Under the pieces are notes generated by a model. The model made no database searches and was not told the DNA's origin. It saw nothing but the letters and a program-made list of their open reading frames with translations. From positions 622,940 to 686,939 of the forward strand of contig JBAZBY010000001.1 of NCBI GenBank assembly GCA_041671225.1: 64,000 bases of DNA, read 5' to 3'. Shown here piece after piece: positions 57,039 through 64,000 of the stretch. Position numbers and translations under genes: made by a program. Numbering within the stretch: the first letter of the stretch is position 1; every line of letters begins with the position of its first letter. Origin of the DNA: Patescibacteria group bacterium (lineage in GTDB: Bacteria; Patescibacteriota; Patescibacteriia; JBAZBY01).

Positions 57039-57410
57039 ATGTCGTCGCCCCTTACCTCCGAGAACGTCGTTCACATCATCCTGCAGCTCTGTGCAGCGGT
57101 GGCGCCAAATGCGCGGACTTCATTCCTGACCTCCACGCTCTGGAAGGCCATCTGCAAGGCCTATCAGAGTGACGGTATTCAGGATGCCCTTCCCGATGGG
57201 CATTTCCGGTCCGATCTCTTCGACATGTGGTTCCGGAACGCCCTCCGCGAGGCGACCCACAAGGGTTACCTCGCCCCTGCAGGCGTGGAACGACTCTTCC
57301 TCACAGATATCGGCCGCACCATGGCCGAGATGCATCCGCTGCCGGAGGCGCTTGCTCCACTTGCGGAGTACCTTCAGGCGACCGCACCCAAGGCGCCCGT
57401 GGTGCCATGA
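57039..57410 (+). CDS. Hypothetical protein, winged-helix-like
   Basis: AGGAGG SD; GHF.SDLFD..F...L...GYL...LFLTDIGR. Confidence 0.6.
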   Translation: MSSPLTSENVVHIILQLCAAVAPNARTSFLTSTLWKAICKAYQSDGIQDALPDGHFRSDLFDMWFRNALREATHKGYLAPAGVERLFLTDIGRTMAEMHPLPEALAPLAEYLQATAPKAPVVP

Positions 57411-57529
57411 TCCCCGTGCGGCATCGCGCCGCTTTTGTCCATCGGGCGGCAGACCATTCCCAACGTCTGCCGCCCCTCCCTTTTATTTACAATAAAAAAA
57501 CGAGCCCCCTTTTGGTAAGCGGTGGGGGC

Positions 57530-58459
57530 TCATGTATCCGCATGTTGGAGGACTGAGAGAACGAGACATCTCTTCTCGTTCGGCCTGAGTTTGTACGGCA
57601 GGTCTGCAAAGACCAGCTCCACAAGCTTGCTGGCAGTCCGAGAAGGATCCCCGAGCCGGTACATCTGTACCCGGCGCAGGATCTGCTGCGTGGATCTCTC
57701 GAGGATGGCGAGGCGTTCCTCAACGTCCTCAATTGGGTCGCCGTGGCCGGGGATGATCATCCTCGGCTTCAGCGCTTTGATCCGCACGAGCGACTTCTGT
57801 GCCGCAAACAGGTTTCCCTCGGGAGTGTAGATCGAGGGGACCCTTTCGCGGCCAGGCCGGTTAGGGACGAGGTCGCCCCCGATCAGGATTCCGTACTCCG
57901 GAATCCAGAAGGCGACTTCCCCTGGGCAGTGTCCGGGCGTTTCTATGACTTCGACGTGATATCCGTCGAACTGAAACCCATCCGGAGGGAACGGCCCATA
58001 GACGCCGCCGTCCTCACCCCACATGCCTTCATGCCGCATCTTTGGTCCGCAAGCGATGCTTGCAACTGCTCCGTAGAGCTTTGCAAGTGGCTTGTCGGCG
58101 GCTGTGAAGCCAGTGAGGCTGTTGCCTGTCTTCCTTGCCAGAATACGTCCGGCTTCAAGGAGTTTCCCCGGAGAGCGGAGACTCCAGAAGCTTTTCTTAT
58201 GGCAGTAGACAGGCACGCCGGGCGCAACATGGCGGAGATTGCCAATATGGTCCGGGTGTGAATGGGTCAGGAGCACCCCGTGGAGGTTTGCCCCTGTTGC
58301 GCGCCTGAGTCTCGCAAGTTCCCAGTTTTTGCCGAAAGCGAACCAGAACAGGCCAGGGTCGGTCATGAGTAGCGAGTTATTCTTCCGTCGCATCACGAGA
58401 GATGGGGGACTGTCCATGGCTCCGGGAAGGAGCCACAGATTCGGTGCGAGTTCTCGCAT
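57530..58459 (-). CDS. Metallo-beta-lactamase fold hydrolase
   Basis: DPG, LLTHSHPDHIG, TPGHCPG, GGD, IPGHG; AAGGAG SD and TTGACA-N17-TAGAAT promoter on the minus strand. Confidence 0.9.
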   Translation of the reverse strand: MRELAPNLWLLPGAMDSPPSLVMRRKNNSLLMTDPGLFWFAFGKNWELARLRRATGANLHGVLLTHSHPDHIGNLRHVAPGVPVYCHKKSFWSLRSPGKLLEAGRILARKTGNSLTGFTAADKPLAKLYGAVASIACGPKMRHEGMWGEDGGVYGPFPPDGFQFDGYHVEVIETPGHCPGEVAFWIPEYGILIGGDLVPNRPGRERVPSIYTPEGNLFAAQKSLVRIKALKPRMIIPGHGDPIEDVEERLAILERSTQQILRRVQMYRLGDPSRTASKLVELVFADLPYKLRPNEKRCLVLSVLQHADT

Positions 58460-58578
58460 CGCAGGCTCCTTTCGGAGTAGGTTGTGAATGTTCAGGCGTT
58501 TCCCGAACCTTACATTCTACCATATTTATATAAAAATGTCAATATACGGCAAAAAATACACCTGCTATACTTCAGTGC

Positions 58579-59712
58579 GTGATCTCCTTTGCTATACAAA
58601 AAAGTTCAAAAAGATCCCGTGCACGACTCGGGATTTTAAAGACCCCGCATGGCGAAGTGGAAACGCCGACGCTGGTACCGGTTGCAACACAGGCTGTGGT
58701 CAAGACTCTCACCAGCGAGCAGGTTGTGCAGACCGGCACCCAGCTTCTGATCGCCAATACGTTCCATCTGCACTTGAAGCCCGGTGAGAAGGCGGTGGGG
58801 CGTGCAGGGGGCCTGCATAACTTCATGCAATGGAAGCGTCCGCTCATGACCGATTCCGCGGGCTATCAGGTGTTCAGCCTTGGCTTTGGCATGGATCTAG
58901 GGAGCGGGAAGATCGGCAAGGGGGGAGAGAAGCGCGTGCAACAGGGAGAGCAGCCGCAGCACATACGCATCACGGAACGCGGCGTGCACTTCCGCTCGCC
59001 CGTTGATGGGAGCAAGCTTTTCATCGGGCCAAAAGAGTCCATGGCTATACAGGAGCAGCTCGGTGCAGATATCATGTTCGCGTTCGACGAATGCCCGCCG
59101 CCCAGTGCGAGCAAGGCATACATGGCGGCATCGGTTGAGCGTACGCATCGCTGGGCGCTGCAGTGCATCAAAATGCACAAGACGCGGCAGGCGCTTTTTG
59201 GCATCGTGCAGGGCGGGAAGTATAAAGATCTCCGCCGTAAGAGCGCGGAGTATATCGCGAGCCTCCCGTTTTCGGGCTTTGGCATCGGCGGGGAATTCGG
59301 CGCAGACAAAGCGACCATGGAGAAAATGGTCGGCTGGGTTACGGATGTACTTCCAGAAAAAAAGCCGCGGCACTTGCTCGGCATCGGCCACCCGGAGGAT
59401 ATTCCGCGCATCATCAAGGCGGGCGTGGATACGTTTGATTGTATCGTGCCGACGCATTATGCGCGCCATGGCACTGCGTTCATTGGTACAGGGCGGCTGG
59501 ACATGACAAAGACAGTGATGCTGTCGCAGAACAGGCCGTTGGATTCGGCGTGCGCCTGCGCGGTCTGCACCACATACACCCGCGCATACATCAGCCATCT
59601 CGTGCGCGCAAAGGAGATCACCGGCCTTTCACTACTGACGTTTCACAACCTCTGGTATTTTAATCAACTTGTCGCAGGATACCGCAAGCAGATACAACAG
59701 GGGAAGCTATGA
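58579..59712 (+). CDS. tgt: tRNA-guanine transglycosylase
   Basis: TPHG.VETP, ANTFHL, TDSAGYQVFSL, FDEC, FGIVQGG, PRHLLGIG, GVDTFDC, C.C..C zinc site, HNL. Confidence 0.95.
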   Translation: MISFAIQKSSKRSRARLGILKTPHGEVETPTLVPVATQAVVKTLTSEQVVQTGTQLLIANTFHLHLKPGEKAVGRAGGLHNFMQWKRPLMTDSAGYQVFSLGFGMDLGSGKIGKGGEKRVQQGEQPQHIRITERGVHFRSPVDGSKLFIGPKESMAIQEQLGADIMFAFDECPPPSASKAYMAASVERTHRWALQCIKMHKTRQALFGIVQGGKYKDLRRKSAEYIASLPFSGFGIGGEFGADKATMEKMVGWVTDVLPEKKPRHLLGIGHPEDIPRIIKAGVDTFDCIVPTHYARHGTAFIGTGRLDMTKTVMLSQNRPLDSACACAVCTTYTRAYISHLVRAKEITGLSLLTFHNLWYFNQLVAGYRKQIQQGKL

Positions 59713-60296
59713 CCATTTTCTGGCTCACCACGCTTGGCGTTTTTACTTTTGTCGTTCTTGAGGGGATCGTTTCTTGGATTGAGGGCACGCTCACAAAGAA
59801 CTCGCGTCGTAAGCCTGGTATTTCCTTTCTTGCGCATTCCGCCATGTGGTCTGACGCATTCTTATTGTCAGTCATTCTTGGCTTGATTTTGCCGCACCTC
59901 GTATATCCATGGTGGGGTGTGGTTATTGGATTACTCCTTGGCAGTGTTGCGTCTGTTGCGCTGCACCGCGCGTGGGGGTCTTCTGGCGCAACAGGGCATA
60001 TGTGGCATTCGCATGCTTCTCGTCATTGGCTGCGCGACATGAGCATCGCTGGTTGGATGCATTTTCTTTTCACTATTTTTGCGCTCGCCATCATGTATCT
60101 CTATGTGGCATCTCCGGTGCCATCACATGCAGCATGGTTGATCGGTGCGATACTTGTCGTTTTTGTGCCTGCAGCCTCCTTAGTACCAACAATGGTACTG
60201 ACAAGGGGAAAACCAGGCAAAAATGAGTGGAAGATTGCGGGTCTTATGTGGGGAATGGTTCTGCTGGTAACAGCGCTGAAGGTTGCAGGGTTTTGA
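59709..60296 (+). CDS. Hypothetical membrane protein with His-rich motifs
   Basis: About six TM segments; HSAMWSD, LHRAW, AGWMH. Confidence 0.65.
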   Translation: MTIFWLTTLGVFTFVVLEGIVSWIEGTLTKNSRRKPGISFLAHSAMWSDAFLLSVILGLILPHLVYPWWGVVIGLLLGSVASVALHRAWGSSGATGHMWHSHASRHWLRDMSIAGWMHFLFTIFALAIMYLYVASPVPSHAAWLIGAILVVFVPAASLVPTMVLTRGKPGKNEWKIAGLMWGMVLLVTALKVAGF

Positions 60297-60379
60297 CGGA
60301 TACCGTGCCCGCATTGCTCCCTTTTTGTACTTTATGCTAGAATAGAGCTATTCAATAAAGGTTTTTAGGGGGAATCCTT

Positions 60380-60943
60380 ATGAAAAATACGTCCATTCTA
60401 CTTATCATCGTTCTCGTGATCATTGTTGTTGCGGGTGGTATTTATTATTTCGTCACGCAGACAGGTGATGAAGAGGTGCCGGCAGAAATAAATGTGAACG
60501 CGACATCCATCAATGCAACGATCACCGATAATCTTCCAGATCCATCATTAACTGATGAAAATTGGGATCCAGCAACGCGAGGCGACCTGACAGTGAATGC
60601 AGAAGGAACTCATAATGATGTTACATTTTCATTTTCCACAGCGAGTCGCGTGTCATCATTCCAAGGCGTTGATGCTGAAGAGGGGAATGAATTCGTTGTG
60701 GTGTATTTCGGTACGATTCCCTTTGCAGATCGCGATGCAGTCGTGCAATGGCTTGGCAAAGACGTTGCCATTGTTGATGGGGCGGGTACCAGTTATGCAC
60801 TTCAGAGCTTTCAGGTTATTACTGAATATTCACAGCCCAGTGAAACAGGATTTTTCCAGTTTGCCGTTCCCACAGGTGGGAGTAATTACCGCATTCAGTT
60901 TGGTGAAGGAGAAGACGCAACAACTGTCGGCCTCGGCTTTTAG
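60380..60943 (+). CDS. Membrane-anchored hypothetical protein (Ig-like, DUF4352-like)
   Basis: N-terminal TM; AEEGNEFVVV, IVDGAG.SY, G.FQF.VP pattern. Confidence 0.6.
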   Translation: MKNTSILLIIVLVIIVVAGGIYYFVTQTGDEEVPAEINVNATSINATITDNLPDPSLTDENWDPATRGDLTVNAEGTHNDVTFSFSTASRVSSFQGVDAEEGNEFVVVYFGTIPFADRDAVVQWLGKDVAIVDGAGTSYALQSFQVITEYSQPSETGFFQFAVPTGGSNYRIQFGEGEDATTVGLGF

Positions 60944-61000
60944 TCTTTTGCGGGTACTCCGGGCGTTCTCTTTGCGGAGCGCGCGTTTGGCATTGGCGCT

Positions 61001-62131
61001 ATGAAGATTGGCATCCTCTCCCAAACGTATTACCCGATCAAGGGTGGCATTGCAGAACACGTTCATGCAACGGCAACAGAACTGCGCAAGCGCGGGCATG
61101 AGGCAACCATCATTACCGCGAATTTTAACCGCGGAGATGAGGAATGGAGTGATGGCGTAGAGCGCATTGGGCGGGATCTGACGCTGCCGTTCAATGGTGC
61201 ATTCGTGAATATAACCATTGGCGCGCGACTCGCCGCAGATTTTCGGCGTCTTGAGAAGAAGTACAATTTTGATGTGCTGCATATTCATAACCCGCCAGAT
61301 CCCGTGTTGCCTATCGTTGCGACATTGAATGCAAAAGCGCCGATCGTGGGAACCTTTCATACGTATAAACCATCGAGTCTTGCATATAAGATCATGCAGA
61401 GACCGCTGGACCACCGCGTTATTCAAAAGCTTAGGGTGCGTATTGCGGTTTCTGAAGCTGCCAAATCTTTTTTCAGCAAGTATTTTACCGGCCCTTGGGA
61501 GATCCTTCCCAATGGTGTGAATATTGAGCGCTTTCATCCTTCAAACGCACCCATGCCTCATCTCGCCGGTGGACCTCCCACGATCCTCTTTGTGGGGCGT
61601 ATGGATCCGCGCAAAGGGGTGAATATCATGCTTGATGCGTTCACGCGGCTTGCAAAAGATGCTCCAGATGCCCGTCTTGTGGTGGTCGGTGGAGGGATAC
61701 TTATCCATCACTATAAGCGGTATGTGCCTTTGGATTTGCGCCCGCGCGTGCAGTTCATGAATTATGTCTCCTGGCAGGATCTTCCGCGATACTACGCGAG
61801 CGCAGATATTTGCTGCTTCCCAGCATATGGAAGGGAAAGTTTTGGTATTGTATTGGCTGAGGCAATGGCTGCTGGAAAACCCATGGTCGCATCTGATATT
61901 GTGGGGTACCGTGCGGTCATTGATGATGGAAAAAACGGACTCCTTGCCAAAACAGCAGATGCCGCGGATTTTGCGAGGAAACTCAAAATTCTGCTCGATG
62001 ATAAGGATCTCCGCAGGAACATGGGGGAGCATGGCCGCCATAAGGCAGAAACGCACTACGCTTGGCCTGCAATCGTTGATAAACTTGAAGGGTATTACAG
62101 GCAGGCAATCAGCGCCCATCGGGAGGGTTGA
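61001..62131 (+). CDS. Glycosyltransferase family 4 (PimA-like)
   Basis: MKIG...YYP..GG, DVLHIH, VGTFH, IAVS, PNGV, LFVGR...RKG, ESFGIVLAEAMAAG. Confidence 0.92.
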   Translation: MKIGILSQTYYPIKGGIAEHVHATATELRKRGHEATIITANFNRGDEEWSDGVERIGRDLTLPFNGAFVNITIGARLAADFRRLEKKYNFDVLHIHNPPDPVLPIVATLNAKAPIVGTFHTYKPSSLAYKIMQRPLDHRVIQKLRVRIAVSEAAKSFFSKYFTGPWEILPNGVNIERFHPSNAPMPHLAGGPPTILFVGRMDPRKGVNIMLDAFTRLAKDAPDARLVVVGGGILIHHYKRYVPLDLRPRVQFMNYVSWQDLPRYYASADICCFPAYGRESFGIVLAEAMAAGKPMVASDIVGYRAVIDDGKNGLLAKTADAADFARKLKILLDDKDLRRNMGEHGRHKAETHYAWPAIVDKLEGYYRQAISAHREG

Positions 62132-62185
62132 CGCCTCAAAACACTTTGCTATACTGCATTAGCACTCTGAGTGAAGGAGTGCTAA
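62128..62185 (+). promoter_or_regulatory. Promoter with CIRCE operator
   Basis: TTGACG-N16-TATACT followed by perfect CIRCE TTAGCACTC-N9-GAGTGCTAA (62159-62185). Confidence 0.95.
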
Positions 62186-62194
62186 ACTGTATAC

Positions 62195-62896
62195 ATGACA
62201 CAGGACATACAACTCTCAGAACGTCAGGAAGATTTACTTAAACTTATCGTTGAAGCGTTCATTGATGAGGCAGAACCAGTTTCATCCAAGTATCTCGTTG
62301 AGGTGCATGGGCTTTCCTGGTCGCCGGCGACCATCCGTAATGATATGGCGTTTCTGGAACAGACGGGTTTTATTACGCATCCGCATACCTCTGCAGGGCG
62401 TATTCCAACAGAATTCGGCTGGAAATACTATTTGAAGCAGCAGCGCGTCGCACCATTGGATGCCAAGGAAGCATCGGCACTCAAGCGCGCCGCAGGCCAG
62501 ACAAAAGATGCAACGCAGCGTACAAAAGAGCTCGCAAAGTCTCTGGCTGATATTTCCCAGCAGACGGTGATTGTCGGGTTTGCGCCACATGACGTCTATT
62601 ACACGGGAATTGCGAATCTTGTGCGACATCCTGAATTCCAAAGCATGGATGTGCTCTCAGAAATGACTGGTATTGTGGACCACTGTGATGATGTCATCTC
62701 TCGCTTGTTCCAGTCACTGCAGCCAGAACCGCAGATTTTACTTGGTAGCGAGAATCCCTTTGGTGCCGCCGCAGGGACAATCGTGAGTCGCTGGGGGAAG
62801 AAGCCGCACGGCATTTTTTGTCTTCTTGGTCCCATACGCATGAATTATCCAAAAAATATTGCCCGTATATCATTCATTCAACATCTGCTGACGTAA
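62195..62896 (+). CDS. hrcA: Heat-inducible transcription repressor HrcA (short form)
   Basis: LSERQ..LL, EPVSS, SPATIRNDM..LE, PHTSAGRIPT, LGP.RMNY; downstream of CIRCE. Confidence 0.93.
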   Translation: MTQDIQLSERQEDLLKLIVEAFIDEAEPVSSKYLVEVHGLSWSPATIRNDMAFLEQTGFITHPHTSAGRIPTEFGWKYYLKQQRVAPLDAKEASALKRAAGQTKDATQRTKELAKSLADISQQTVIVGFAPHDVYYTGIANLVRHPEFQSMDVLSEMTGIVDHCDDVISRLFQSLQPEPQILLGSENPFGAAAGTIVSRWGKKPHGIFCLLGPIRMNYPKNIARISFIQHLLT

Positions 62897-62898
62897 GT

Positions 62899-63384
62899 AT
62901 GGATACACACCACGAACAGAAAAAAGACAAACATCGACGCGAGCTTGATGAAATAAAAATGAAAGCCGAGGAGTATTTGAGTGGATGGAAGCGCGCTCAG
63001 GCTGATTATCAAAATTTGCAAAAGCAATCAGAGAAGGAGAAGTTGGAGATAGGGAGTTTTGCACGCTCGGCGGTGCTTGTGCAGATGCTGCCGATCCTCG
63101 AAAATCTTCGCCGTGCGTTTCATCACGTGCCCGATGAACAGAAAAAAGCGGAATGGGTGGTCGGCCTTCAGCATATTCAGACACAGATGGAAGAACTTTT
63201 GACGCAATATCAACTCACGGAGATTGACGCAGAAGGCAAACAATTCGACCCACACCTGCATGAAGCGGTCGCGCGCGAAAAGCGCGACGGCGTTGAAAGC
63301 GATGTTATTCTTGAAGTGCTGCAGAGCGGATGGAAGTATGGCGAACGGGTTTTGGTTCCAAGTAAGGTCAAAGTCGCAGAATAA
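62899..63384 (+). CDS. grpE: Nucleotide exchange factor GrpE
   Basis: KRAQADYQN, LPILENL.RA, FDPHLHEAV, V.Q.G....RVL.P.KV.V. Confidence 0.95.
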   Translation: MDTHHEQKKDKHRRELDEIKMKAEEYLSGWKRAQADYQNLQKQSEKEKLEIGSFARSAVLVQMLPILENLRRAFHHVPDEQKKAEWVVGLQHIQTQMEELLTQYQLTEIDAEGKQFDPHLHEAVAREKRDGVESDVILEVLQSGWKYGERVLVPSKVKVAE

Positions 63385-63401
63385 ATATTAATCGAACTCA
63401 T

Positions 63402-63806
63402 ATGCGTATTACACCTTGGCGCCCACTTTTTCCGGAGATGTTCGAAGATGAATTCTGGGGAGAGCAGTGGCATTTCAGCCCAGCGATCGATGTGTATGAG
63501 GATGGTGATACCGTCATCATTCAGTCACCGATTGCAGGTATAGATCCAAAATTACTGAAAATTGAAATTGAGGAAAACGTCCTCAAACTTTCTGGTGAAA
63601 TGAAAAAGCAATCTGAAATTGACGAAAAGAATTATTACCGCAAAGAAGTTCGCCAGGGTAGTTTCTCTCGCGCCGTTGCGCTCCCGCATGCTGTTGATGC
63701 TGATAGGGCCAATGCGACCTATAAAGATGGCGTGTTGATGATTCAGATCCCAAAGCGTGAAGAAATGAAGCCGAAATCCGTAACCGTAAATGTTGAGGAG
63801 CAATAA
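63402..63806 (+). CDS. Hsp20/alpha-crystallin small heat shock protein
   Basis: PAIDVYE, L.LSGE, E.RQGSFSR.V.LP, A.YKDGVL.I.IPK. Confidence 0.95.
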   Translation: MRITPWRPLFPEMFEDEFWGEQWHFSPAIDVYEDGDTVIIQSPIAGIDPKLLKIEIEENVLKLSGEMKKQSEIDEKNYYRKEVRQGSFSRAVALPHAVDADRANATYKDGVLMIQIPKREEMKPKSVTVNVEEQ

Positions 63807-64000
63807 ATGACATATCACTCACCACAAAGTCCGCTGTCCAATGTGCCTGGAGGCAACAGTCGGCTGCTCAAATTTTCCGTGAGCTGCCCCGTGTGTGAGC
63901 ATGCCTATGATTTGCAGGCTTTGCGGATCGTCGGTGAGTCAGACCAGTCTTTGCTCACGCATATCGTGTGCGGACGATGCTCCACCGCCGTACTCACGCT
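63807..64000 (+). CDS. Hypothetical zinc-ribbon protein (3' end outside window)
   Basis: ATG directly after the hsp20 stop; translation contains CPVC...HIVCGRC; frame open to the window end. Confidence 0.65.
   Translation, partial: MTYHSPQSPLSNVPGGNSRLLKFSVSCPVCEHAYDLQALRIVGESDQSLLTHIVCGRCSTAVLT

Overview
A 64-kb chromosomal segment of a small-genome bacterium, most consistent with Patescibacteria/CPR (inferred from the lack of rpmD between rpsE and rplO, Lys-rich ribosomal protein extensions, mostly Shine-Dalgarno-free starts and a short AspRS). Genetic code 11 fits. Core content: gatA (partial), ndk, the str/S10/spc ribosomal clusters through secY-adk-map, recR-ybaB-dnaB, aspS, scpAB, tpiA-gap, tgt and a CIRCE-controlled hrcA-grpE-hsp20 unit. 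Accessory content: an ATP-grasp enzyme, a divergent purA, a tRNA-Glu-anchored islet (DUF475, corA, two pseudogenes), an ECF sigma/anti-sigma pair and a heliorhodopsin. The most unusual signal is non-coding. All three tRNA genes (Pro-GGG, Lys-TTT, Glu-CTC) sit among partial copies of themselves. At tRNA-Lys the intact gene is nested inside two concentric split tRNA shells, and each of the three layers is closed by its own distinct 10-14 bp inverted repeat. A 15-nt hairpin motif (6-bp stem, 3-nt loop) recurs in these structured inserts. The same motif occurs, with compensatory changes, as in-frame 15/30-nt segments inside three unrelated protein genes. No integrase or transposase is visible in the window. 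All calls come from motif recognition by eye; no database search was run.
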